This document shows, piece by piece, positions 1 to 11,878 of a DNA stretch of 64,000 nt (position 1 is its first letter; every line of letters begins with the position of its first letter). Source of the stretch: Eledone cirrhosa. Its lineage: Eukaryota. The position numbers were made by a program, and so were the translations under genes. Location of the stretch: the NCBI GenBank assembly GCA_964016885.1, contig OZ024740.1, positions 303,490,001 through 303,554,000 on the forward strand, written 5' to 3'. The notes under the pieces are model-generated. The model searched no databases and was not told where the DNA came from. It was given only the letters and a program-made list of their open reading frames with translations.

Positions 1-520
1 CAAAGCATGGTTATTAACTACCAGTGTATCAAATGTTAACATAAGTGTCAGAGCGAAAAACACCGAATAAAGGAGAAACAATTGCTTTTCTTCTAAATAA
101 TGGTCTTCTGCATAGCGAGGATACGAATCGCACAGAATACTATTGTTTATTATTTGTAATAATTAAATATCACTTTCACTATTTGCCCGGGAAACACCCT
201 ATTTTAACAAGAAAACAAAAAAAGCGCCAACTTCCATATATAGAAAGTATAGTTTGTGTGTGTATACATGTGCTTGATGGACAGAAAAATAAAATAACGT
301 GTTAGAGACTGGAAACTACCTCATGATATTTAAAGTGGCGTGGAAAAATTAAAAATAATAAAGTATCAGATTAAATAATTTGTTCACGGGTTTGCGTGTG
401 TGTATTTGTGAATGAAAGAACGACCGGCATTTATCAGACACCGACCTAGAAACCACGTTGGCAAATAGGATAACACACAATGGGAAAATATAATTGGAAT
501 TATTTACTGATAATACTTAC

Positions 521-586
521 TTTGTGTCCATGGTAATCATCAACAACTGACTCATCACGACGTGCTTTAGGGTAAGAAAACTTCAT
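521..586 (-). CDS. PREP: Prolyl endopeptidase (prolyl oligopeptidase), first coding exon; gene continues off the left edge
   Basis: Minus strand reads ATG..MKFSYPKARRDESVVDDYHGHK then a GTAAGT donor. This matches the PREP N-terminus (YP..RRDE..V.DYHGHK). It is not in the ORF track because it is short. Confidence 0.85.
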
Positions 587-1572
587 ATCGAAGCGGTAGG
601 TAGGCTGCAAATGACACAATGAAATAATGATAATACAGATTAGGCAGTTAAGTGGTGTGCGCATTCTCTCTCATCACTTCCGCTTTCTAAATCCTTACCC
701 TCCTACTTTGACCAAAAATCTTACAGCAAGATGTGCAGTGTTTTTCATTTAATATTTAAATTAATATGATTTTCTTTTTTACATCAATGTGATACTTTAA
801 TATGTGAAGTTGTATCTTCTTCTATGGCACCAAGTACTGCTAGAATTCAAACGGGACCATATATTCGCTTTGTCCATAACTTACTGTTGGACTACACATA
901 ATGTCTCGATTTTTCAAATGCAATAATAGTGTTTAGTAATGTTTCTGATGTTTATAACCACAGTGCTGGTTCAAGCAGTTGAGTATAAATCTTTAGGGAA
1001 TGAGTGGTGAGTAGTATCTGAGAGGTTTGGAGGCGTTAATACCGTAAATTAAACAAAGGTAAGCCTTGGTGTACTCAATGACACGTACGCAGAAAAACTT
1101 CTTTATGAATTGAAATTTCCATTTTTTTAAAAAAGAAAACAAAAGCTAAAAACTCACAAAAATAAGGCAAGAAATTTTCAAAAAATTAGGTTCTAGTTTT
1201 AAAAATTTAATTGTTATGCCTTTCTTACACTAACATTTTGAGCTAGATTTCCTTGAGCGCCTGTGCGACTTTTGCTGTAACATAGCAGACGACTTTACAA
1301 AAAATGTTATACGCAGAATAGAGTTCCTTGTAGAATATCGAAGCCATTGAACTGTCAGAAGAAATGACTCATTGAAGGTAATGACTAAACCAGTGATAAC
1401 CGGATATATTTATTACCATTATATATTCTAATTATATTATGGTATAATGCCTCGTACAGAATGAAAATGAAGCTGCCTGTGTATTAAAAGAAAGGGTGCA
1501 TCTAATGATCTAAGACCAATGGGCATCACGTTCAATGGCTTGGCCATGTGTGCAAATGAAACCTTCGGTCAA

Positions 1573-1735
1573 TACGAGGAGGTGCTGAAAAGTTCTTAGA
1601 TTGATCGCTGCTACAGAGGCCTGGCTGGATGCCCTACCTTCCGAGTTCTTTTTACGGGGTTTAGAAAAACTGGAGGACCGCTGCAATATGTGTGTGAATA
1701 AAATCATGATTAACTGATCCTGGAGCTAGGGAATC
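1573..1735 (+). mobile_element. Internally deleted mariner (Tc1/mariner) remnant
   Basis: TA plus a TIR-like CGAGGAGGTGCTGAAAAGTTC is joined directly to a transposase C-terminus LIAATEAWLDALPSEFFLRGLEKLEDRCNMCV (from 1601), which fits the mariner W..FF..G..KL..R...CV motif. Confidence 0.7.
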
Positions 1736-2096
1736 TAATAATTATTTTATTTTACATTAAAAAACATTACATATGACCAGTGGCGAACTGGCCAGGTTGC
1801 CCAATGGCAAGTGGGCGCCAGGGGGCCCACGGTAACATTGAAGAGCCCACAGTAGCAATGCTTTGCTTTAAAAAAATACCTGAAATCTAAGAGAAAGAAT
1901 AAAAAAAATGTTTAAATAAATAAAACAATTAAGCAAAGCATTTTGTCAACCAATTCCCCAGGAAATTACTAAAAACCAAAGTATACGATAGTGCAAATAG
2001 CTGGAATCAGTGGTTGTACATTCTACTAAATCTAAAGCTTGGTGTATTCATTCATGCAGCATGCAAACATACATATATAGACACAGACACACAAGC

Positions 2097-2265
<169 letters not shown>

Positions 2266-2399
2266 ATAAATGTAATCTGAGTTTTTCGAATATTAATAAT
2301 AACATTCGATTCGTTTGCAATTGTGTAAACAGCCTCATTTTTATAGCCATGTCAGTAGAATGAACTCATCATTCTTGCTTTTGTGTTGGCATGTAAAAA

Positions 2400-2449
2400 G
2401 AACTGCAGACACTAATGTTTCTGGGTATCACCCTTCATCAGTACAACTC
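2400..2449 (-). ncRNA. Minimal type I hammerhead ribozyme motif (family A)
   Basis: Minus strand: gagttgta-CTGATGA-agggtgataccca-GAAAC-attagt-GTC-tgcagttc. Stems I and II can pair. Confidence 0.65.
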
Positions 2450-2787
2450 ACTATTCACCTGCCAGCTGTCAGAGCTAGTTAAAATATATGCTATTTTCTA
2501 AAATATACAGTTACTGATCAGATTACATTTATTGTATTCAGCCATGTAGAGCGAAAATTTTCTTTTTTTTATTTGAATTTGGCAAAGCCGGCCATTTATC
2601 GGTCGTATACAGGAAACTGACTGACCAGTCTGCTGATATGCAAATCTGGCTGATCAGTGGATCTGCTAATATGCAGACCTGACTGATCGGCCAGTCTGCT
2701 AATATGCAAATCAGGCCGATCAGTAACTGTATATTTTAGAAAATATCATATATTTTCACTAGCTCTGACAGTTGGCAGGTGAACAGT

Positions 2788-2838
2788 GAGCTGTACTGAT
2801 GAAGGGTGATACTCTGAAACATTAGTGTCTGCCAGTTC
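2788..2838 (+). ncRNA. Minimal type I hammerhead ribozyme motif (family A)
   Basis: gagctgta-CTGATGA-agggtgatactct-GAAAC-attagt-GTC-tgccagttc; stem I has one bulged base. Confidence 0.6.
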
Positions 2839-3002
2839 TGTTTACATGCCAACACAAGAGCAAGAATGAAGAGTTCATTCTACTGACATGGCTATGAAAA
2901 TTAGGCTTATTTGCATAATTGCAAACGAATCGAATGTTATTATTAATATTCGAAAAACTCAGATTACATTTATTGTATTCAGCCATGTAGAGCGAAAATG
3001 TT

Positions 3003-3066
<64 letters not shown>

Positions 3067-3128
3067 CTGCCAAGACTGGAATTGAACCATCAGTACAGTT
3101 GAGGTATGTCATGTATCAATTTATGTAA

Positions 3129-3187
3129 TTTATCTGATGAGGATGAACTGAAAAACAACACAGTACCTCCGAAATATATATAATAAA
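3129..3187 (+). ncRNA. Minimal type I hammerhead ribozyme motif (family B), intact core
   Basis: tttat-CTGATGA-gga(tga actg..cagt acc)tcc-GAA-ATATATAT-A-ataaa. Stem I is perfect, G10.1-C11.1 is present, stem III is palindromic, and the cleavage triplet is AUA. Confidence 0.7.
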
Positions 3188-3232
3188 ACATATATTTTGA
3201 TTATGTGAATGTATCCATTTCTTAATATTTTG

Positions 3233-3322
<90 letters not shown>

Positions 3323-3395
3323 TTACACACGAACTACTGACCAGATATTATTTGGTATCAATGGGTTAAAATCAATTAGTGGTGAAGGTGGTGTG

Positions 3396-3434
<39 letters not shown>

Positions 3435-3846
3435 TGAGTGTGAAAGAACAAAGGTCATTATTAAAAGTCTCTGGATTTCGTAAAATACATATTTTTTATT
3501 GGAGAAGGTAAGATATTTTCTCGCAAAAGTTTGATTGCACTGTTTTGTTTCCACTCCACTTGTGTTTGTGTATTTTTTGAAAATGTTATTTATTCATTAT
3601 AAAAATTAAATGATAGCATTCTATATGTAGGTAAGCCCCCTTCATCTGGCAACCAATATTTCTAGACCTAGTCTGCCACTGTATATATATATATATATAT
3701 ATATATAATAGTAATAATAATAAATTTGAAGACTAAAATCCAAAGAGGGCTCGATAAAGATAAATATATATCAAATATATAAGAACCGTAGAGTAAATAT
3801 TTATAAGGAATACCTACGTGTTTAATCTGTCATTTTAATATATATA

Positions 3847-4345
3847 TGTAGCGACGTGGTTAGTCAGTCTGGTCACTACTTCTGATCAAATCCGAGAATA
3901 GCCCTTAGAAGGACTGTTATCGCATACGGTCTGAACAGATCTGAAGATAGCCCTTAAAAGGACTGTTGTCGCATATAGCCCTTAAAAGAACTGTTGAGGA
4001 TGGACAGACGAAAGCACAAGTTGAAAGGACGAAGCAAGGCGAGATGTAAATTTGATCAGCTATTTATTTTCACATGAAGCGACGATACGAGGTACAAGGC
4101 GTGTGTGAGTGACAAATCGTGGCAGAGGCGAGGGACAACGATACGCGGGTTGACTCTGCCAAATGTCGACTGCTGAAGTGTTTGGAAGCACTCTATTTAT
4201 ACAGAAATAATCGTTTGATGTTTAGCCGCTGTGTAGACGTTTATTCTGGTAGCTTTTAAGGGTTCTTTTGTTTCACGTTGAGGTAGCTAGCTAACAGGTA
4301 GATGGCGCTGTATATTTCACAGATGTTATTTCCAGTGACTGTACA
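3847..4345 (-). repeat. 3' LTR of Gypsy element 1, preceded by PPT GGCAGGGGGGTAA (4346-4358, minus)
   Basis: Direct repeat of 8735-9233; purine tract abuts TG on the minus strand. Confidence 0.95.
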
Positions 4346-5277
4346 TTACCCCCCTGCCAGATCTTTTGTACAACAAAAGAGCGAAATATCGTATAGTAAT
4401 GGGCCAGTGGTGCATTTGTCGTGACAATAGCCCGAGGAGTGTCCAGCGCGTTGTGAAATTTTGTGATCATCGAGTACAGGACAGAGTCGATGTAGAGATG
4501 ATATGGCAAGATGTATGTGTCAGGAAGAGAAAAAAGAAATAAACTATAAAATGACTTTGACCAGATTTATGCAGGCGTGATGAATGAGCCTGTTGCAATT
4601 TGGGTTGAGCTGCCTGTGAATTGCGTGACAAAAAGTCTAACTGGGCAGTGACGATAACCGTAACGTGTGAACTGAATGGCCGTAAGCATGCTGCCTAAAA
4701 GTAACAGTTTTCTCCACAGCATATGACTTGAGCGAATGCATGTGGTAAAAAAATAGCGAGGTATTCTCGAGCTATTGAGTGAATGTGTACGGGGAAAAAG
4801 AAGGCCAGTGTTTTGAGGATGCGATTTGTGAAATGCGTGATCAAAGAGAAAACATTTTGTAGTGTAAGAGTTAGAGGGACACAAATATCTATTACTCAGT
4901 GTATGAATTAAAAGGTGAAACAAACGTGGTTTTGTAGTGTGCATGAAAAACAAAATACGTACACGCCTTGTATGTATATAAAAATTATGGCAATTACACA
5001 ATCAATGTTACAGAACAAGAAAAGTAAAAAATTTTGCAAAACAAGAGAGAGCAGAAAAAAAATGTTATACACAATGATATACACAATGTTTGTTCTTAAA
5101 TAGAGTTTGTAATAAATAATGTTCATAATAAATAATGTTCTTCGTGACATGAGCACATGGTCACTAAAAATTGCAATTGTTCAAGCAGAAAGTTCATTGT
5201 ATTTGAAACTGGAAATTGTAAACACAAGAAAAATGGAAATGTTTTGCACGAAGACTGATTAAGAAACTCACTTGAGG

Positions 5278-8200
5278 TTAACGGTAATTCACATATTGTG
5301 CCAACTTTGCGGGCCAATGGACGCGTCGTCCGCTTCTCGTGACTGGAGATGAAACAGGTGGCTCGCTGGGACAGCAATCTGTTGGAGTTTCTGGTGTAGA
5401 GACTGTAACAGTATCCATGATGGCTTTTTTTAATCTGTCCACGCTGACAGAATTCTGTTTACCATCTAGATCGAGAATAAAATATTTCGGATATTTTTTT
5501 AGAACACGATAAGGGCCAGAATATGGAGGTCGAAGATGAGCTGAGATGGTGTCGTTTCGAACGAAAACGTGTGTCCAATCTTTAATGTCTGAAGCTATGT
5601 GTGTGGCCGTGTTCTGTTGACGAGTGCTTGCAGGAGCAAGGTGAGACATATATTGTCGAAGACGGTGTACGTATGATCCTGGGTCTGGAACATCCTGAGG
5701 AGAGATGGGAGCAACCATCTGACCAGGTAGAACCAGGGAAGTGTCGTACACTAATTCTGCAGGTGTGTGTCCGAATTCCTCCTTAACGGTGGATCGAATG
5801 CCCAGAAGGATGAGTGGTAGGTATTCAAACCAGTGGGTCTTGTCTGGATATGCTTTTATTGCAGCTTTCAATTGGCGATGGAATCTTTCCACGAGACCAT
5901 TAGCTTGCGGGTGATAATCTCTCGTGCGGATGTGTTTACATCCTAACAGGCGAGTCAGTTCCCTGAAGAGGTGGGAGTCAAATTGGTGTCCTCTGTCCGT
6001 TGTTATCTTCGCTGGGGCGCCATAACGTGATACCCAGTGTAAAACCAAAGTTTTAGCGACTGTTTCCGCTGAGGTATCATTTATGGGAAAAGCCTCAGGC
6101 CAACTGGAAAAATCGATCTATGCAGGTGAGCAAGTGTGTGTAGTTCTGTGATGGTGGTAGAGGTCCGACGATGTCGATATGCACATGATGAACACGTGCA
6201 TCAGGTTGCGCGAATGTGCCGAGTGGAGTTTTGATGTGTCTGTGAACTTTGGCTTTCTGGCAGGCAATGCAGCCCATGGACCAGTCGCGCACATCCTTGT
6301 TAATGTTAGTCCACACAAAACGAGCAGAGATTAGTTTCTGTGTAGCCCGGATTCCCGGGTGAGACAAGCAGTGTAAAGCAGAAAAAACTTGTCGACGATG
6401 CATTTGTGGTACGTACGGTCGTTCATGACCGGTAGAAAAGTCGCACCAAATTTGTCCCGGAGAAGAAGGAATGGGAACTTGTTGAAACTAGAGGGATGGC
6501 GAATCTCGGAGCTTGATAAACTCTTCGTCAGTCTCTTGGTCAGCTGCGATCTGTTGAAGGTCGATGCCTGAATGCACATGTATTGCGTTCAGCTGGATTC
6601 GGGACAGGGCGTCGGCTGCTACGTTGTCTGATCCCTTGATATGCCGAATATCAGTTGAATATTGGGAGACAAAATCCAGGTGTCGGAGTTCTCTCGGTGA
6701 ATGTCGATCAGGTTTGGTACGGAACGCATAAACTAGTGGTTTATGGTCCGTGTAGATCACGAAATCTGATCCTTCGAGCATGTGCCGAAAATGCTTAACC
6801 GAAAGATAGGTTGCCAAGAGTTCGCAGCCAAAGGTACTGTATTTCGTTTCTGCCGGTTGCAATCGCTTAGAAAAGAAGGATAAGGGTTGCCACACGCCGT
6901 CCACATGTTGTTGTAGAACGCCTCCAACCCCCGTTTCTGATGCGTCCACTAGCAGCGAAAGAGGAGCGCCAGACCTGGGGAAAACGAGCATGGAAGCGTT
7001 TGCCAACATTTCCTTCAGGCAGTTAAAAGATGTTAATTCTTCCTCGTTTAGAGTGATCTCTTCGTTTTTGCGAGTCCAGTTACGAAGAAGGTCCGTGAGG
7101 AGTCTGGCTGCGTCGGAACAATGAGGGATGAACCGCCTATAAAAATTCACCAGACCGAGGAATTCACGCAGTTTCCGAAGTGATGTAGGTGCGGGAAGAC
7201 TGCGGATAGCTTCCACTTTCTCGGGAAGTGGACGGATGCCGTCTTTATCGATGATGTGCCCGAGAAAGGACAGTGAAGAAACGCCGAGAAGGCACTTGCT
7301 GCGGTTGATGATGATACCGTACTCAACCAAACGTCGGAAAAGGAGATTTAAGTGCTTCTCGTGTTAATGCTCGGAAGTACTTGCTACCAGCACGTCGTCA
7401 ATATACGCGTATACGAAGGGTAGATCGCGTAACACGGTGTCAATAAACCTCTGTAAAGTGTGTGCAGCGTTGCGTAGACCGAACGGCATTCGCAGGAATT
7501 CGAATAAACTGAACGGTATTGTGATTGCGGTTTTCGGAATGTCTGCAGGCTCCATAGGTATCTGGTTATATGCACGCACCAAATCTACCTTGGAAAAGAT
7601 GCGTGGGCCTTGCAAAGAGGCAGAAAAATCGTGCAGGTGAGGTACAGGGTAATTATCGGGCACTGTAGAATTGTTAAGTGCACGATAATCCCCACATGGT
7701 CGCCAATCATTCTCGTTTTTTTTTAGGAACAAGGTGTAGGGGTGCAGACCAGTTGCTGGAGGAAGGGCGAATGATTCCGAGGTCCAACATGTGTTGGAAC
7801 TCCTGCTTGGCGATTCTCAATCGGTCTGGAGGCAGTCTCCTTGGTCGGGCAGCTGTGGGTGGTCCCCTTGTCTCGATGTGGTGCGTGACACTATGCTTAA
7901 TGGGACCATCCTTAAATACCGGGCGAGTGATGTCTGGGTATTTCTGGAGAATGCCGTTGTACCGCGAAGGCTCTGACTGGCAAATTACAGGGCTCACTGT
8001 GGATTGCGTGGTAAATATACCTCTCACAGTGAGGTTTGTGGTGGTGTCGATAAGCCTCCGGTTCTTCATAGCCACCAGAAGGTTGAAGTGCTGGAGAAAA
8101 TCGGCTCCTAGGATCGGGGTCGGCAGGTCTGCCACGACGAACACCCATTGAAAACGCCGCCTCAGGCCTAATTGAGGGTCAGGGATTTTTCCCCGAAAGT

Positions 8201-8674
8201 CGGAATTGACGATTGGTTCACTGCCTGCAGAAAGGACGGGGTTGGGTGTCTTTTTCCCGAGATTAGTGAAACAGGAATAACACTAACCTGGGATTCTGTA
8301 TCCACGAGGTAACGGATGCCTGTCGCCTGGTCGTTAATAAAAAATAGACGACTTTTCTTTTCAGTACCAGGGGTGAACGTCGTTGCTAGGCCCTGGGTGG
8401 TATTCTGGAAAGAGCACGGGGCTTTGCACTTAGATGCCCGTGCGCCGAAATTTGTGTGATACCAGCAGAGGTTGCCAGACACACGATTTTGACTGGGACT
8501 ACTGGATCTTCGACTGTGAAAAGGCCTGGATTGATTGTTGCTGCGTCTCCGGTGTGTTTGAAAGGTCAGGTTCTCTACTTGATTTGAGAGGGCTTTAATT
8601 TGACCAGCCCGCTCTCTGATCATAGCCCGCAGCTCTGAAATCTCGGCCTCTGTCGTTGGTTGCGACATGTACAT
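5278..8674 (-). pseudogene. Disrupted gag-pol of Gypsy element 1
   Basis: ORF pieces: 8168-8674 (gag knuckle and protease, DTG mutated to DTE), 7707-8144, 7364-7732 (RT, YIDD), 6488-7330 (RT/RNase H, DASE), 6095-6403 and 5278-6048 (integrase, TTDRG..F, NGLVERFH). Pieces are separated by stops and frameshifts. Confidence 0.93.
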
Positions 8675-8714
8675 GTTGGTATCTCCTTAGGTGCTATCTG
8701 GTTGTGCGTTCGAC

Positions 8715-8732
8715 ATCACGTCGGGGTCACCA
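8715..8732 (-). promoter_or_regulatory. Primer-binding site complementary to the tRNA-Trp 3' end
   Basis: Minus strand TGGTGACCCCGACGTGAT, 2 nt after the 5' LTR. This is the complement of the eukaryotic tRNA-Trp end ATCACGTCGGGGTCACCA. Confidence 0.9.
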
Positions 8733-8734
8733 AT

Positions 8735-9233
8735 TGTAGCGACGTGGTTAGTCAGTCTGGCCACTACTTCTGATCAGATCCGAGAATAGCCCTTAGAAGG
8801 ACTGTTATCGCATACGGTCTGAACAGATCTGAAGATAGCCCTTAAAAGGACTGTTGTCGCATATAGCCCTTAAAAGAACTGTTGAGGATGGACAGACGAA
8901 AGCACAAGTTGAAAGGACGAAGCAAGGCGAGATGTAAATTCGATCAGCTATTTATTTTCACATGAAGCGACGATACGAGGTACAAGGCGTGTGTGAGTGA
9001 CAAATTGTGGCAGAGGCGAGGGACAACGATACGCGGGTTGACTCTGCCAAATGTCGACTGCTGAAGTGTTTGGAAGCACTCTATTTATACAGAAATAATC
9101 GTTTGATGTTTAGCTGCTGTGTAGATGTTTATTCTGGTAGCTTTTAAGGGTTCTTTTGTTTCACGTTGAAGTAGCTAGCTAACAGGTAGATGGCGCTGTA
9201 TATTTCACAGATGTTATTTCCGGTGGCTGTACA
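8735..9233 (-). repeat. 5' LTR of Gypsy element 1
   Basis: Direct repeat of 3847-4345, adjacent to the PBS. Confidence 0.95.
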
Positions 9234-10768
9234 TATATATATATATATATATTATAAAGAATTAGTATATTTAGTAACATATATATACACACAGATGCAT
9301 ACTTATGCTAGCAAATATATAGGTTTTGTCTTAGTAACTTTGTCGTTCAATGCATGGGGTTGCAGAACAATAATATGAGAGACGTAAAATAAGAAAATTA
9401 TAAAATTAACTTACTTACTAAAATTTCACTCTCAACTAATTAGTTTCTGAAAGGGAATAAACATACTTTCCGAAGAAGTGTACAGAGAAGCCTTTCGTCA
9501 TCAGGGAAGTCTATTCTCAGCTAAGTTTCCAGGCAATACGTGGACACTGGGAACTTATACAAAAATAATTCAGTGGATAGAAAAAAGCAAAGCGTGGACT
9601 AAATTCCTAGCCATTGAGAAAATCACTGCCTACTGCGTCGGTGGCAAATTCAAAAGAATCAATCACGTGACATCGAGGTCAATCAGTGGAAAGTGGTTTG
9701 TTAAGAAGACAGCAGCCTGACTGTTACCATAGCAGCAGTCTTGGCCAATTTTGCTCGACAAATAATTTGGAGATAATTATAAAGAATTAGTATATTTTTA
9801 TTTATAATGTTATTTATGTATATATTTAAAACATATTTGCGTTTTTGTTTGGCTGCTGTTGTTGTTATTTTTGTAAATCTCCACCAAATTCTGAGTGATT
9901 TATTTGTGAATATTTTTAATCCATAAACATTTATTTATGAAATTACAGCCGGTCGCTGAATTGTGGATTAATCTTGCGGATGCAAGAGTCTCGGTTTCAG
10001 AATAAATAAATAAAAAATGATTTGGTGATTTTCTTCAATCTGGGAAGTCTGAAGGAGAGGGCAGTGTAGCGAATATGAAATATAATGAAATTGGTGGTGA
10101 GTTGTGTAGCGATAGAATGTGAAGTAGATGTAGCGATTGAAGGGATTGGTTTGAGTAGATCTAGCTTTGAAAGAGAGAGAGAGAGACGGGGTAGCGAAAG
10201 AGATGAGAAATTAAAATTGCTATAGGATGTTATTATTAGTGGGTGTTTCCATTACATTGGAGATGAATCAGAGGGGTTGCCCTTCTTAGTAAGGTAACAC
10301 ACTGTAGCGTGTTTCCAAAGATCAAGTATATCTCTGGAGAGAGGGTAAGATTGAAAAATTTGGTGATTATAAGTGGTTAGTTCAGAGGTAAACTTTAAAG
10401 ATTTTTGGAAGAGTCGTTGCCAGGTCTGATGACCTTGTTGGTTGGAAACGAATATAGTGCAATTGTGGTAGCATAATAAGAAGGTATTCGAATGTTAATC
10501 AGAAAAAAAAACTGAGTTAGATTACCAGTTGTTACTTGCTATTTTTACGTTGTTTGTGTACGTGTGTCCTTATCTAATATATACAAATATATTCCCCTTA
10601 AATGTGCTACTAGGTTAATAAAAGTGACGGTGACGGTCAATTTCTTTTAGGGGAGGGGGGCTTATTCTCAATACACGTGTTTCACCAACAAAATTGGTTA
10701 AAACCATTGTTAATTACATAAATATGAAAAAGAAAGATAAAACAAAATTAAGTAATGAGAAAAGGGGT

Positions 10769-11838
10769 TATAGCGAAGATACTAGGTTGTATGAATGTAA
10801 CAAGGAATACATTGTTTGTGTGTATAATATTTAATTAACAATGGTAGATAGTATAGTTGACATGTCAAAGAAATAGATGATAGAATGAAGCAAAGTTAGT
10901 AGTTACCGTTTTGATTGCCAGGCAAACGCGGCTGGCAGAGGACGCCTGGCTAAGGCCAGGCGCCTGTTGGCCAAATGAGAGGCAGAGCCAAATGAGAGAG
11001 TGAGAACTTAAAGTTGTTAGTTTTATAGGGTTCTGACCGGAAGTTACAGAAAGGGTTCTACTTCCCGTCTAGATGTTAATCCAAACAAGGGAGACAACCG
11101 CTACATAACCTCCCGCCAGAATTTTAGGATATAAAAATCGAAATGAAAATATGTAGCAAGTTGGCGAGAATGTTGTAACAGGCATGAAAATTACGACAAA
11201 AGAATGTTTGCAAAAATCAATGATAGATATCAAGGTAGCAAAGTAAGAGAAGGGCTCAAAGTTCAAATGTACAAAATATAGTTCACAGGTGTGCAATCAC
11301 ATGACAGCAGGAAAGAAAGTGTGTTCCAGAGAATGAATGCAGGTGGTCTCTGTTCTGTGGTATATCGTGAAATTTCCAACCTCCGAATGGATTTTCTCAC
11401 AGGAAGAGTGCTGCAAAAATAAATTCTCTGGCTTTGGTTGTTGGTGAAGCTGTGTTGATGTATTGCTGTTGCTGTTGCTGCTGCTGTTGTCTCGCTGAGT
11501 GAGCGTATTCGGTGTCTAAATTCACCGTAAAAAAAATTTTTTCAGAAAAAAATGAGTTGCGCAAAGTGCTAGAAATAGCAGCCGAAGTTGATGGTCGATG
11601 TTGAGAATGCATTGACCTGGAAGGGTCAAGAGGCCAGCGACCAGAGAAATAAGCATTCTTAATAAATGCGCGGTTATCAACGGTAAATTTACATTGTAAA
11701 TTTATAAACTGGGAAATAGAAGAATATAGCTTAAAATGTTCGTTGTAAAGGAAACGAAAAACATATATATACATCCAGTGAAATGGTAATGAGAGGTACA
11801 TTGCAATACAATAAATCAATAAATAAGAACAGCAAAAA

Positions 11839-11878
<40 letters not shown>

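Larger units (their letters stand above)
3847..9233 (-). mobile_element. Ty3/Gypsy LTR retrotransposon, LTR-to-LTR but decayed
   Basis: Two 499-bp LTRs (3847-4345, 8735-9233; TG..CA) with ~9 transition differences counted by eye. tRNA-Trp PBS, PPT, gag knuckle CWYH..FG..A..C..PC, and PR-RT(YIDD)-RH-IN order. Inserted in a TA tract (TATA TSD compatible). Confidence 0.95.
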
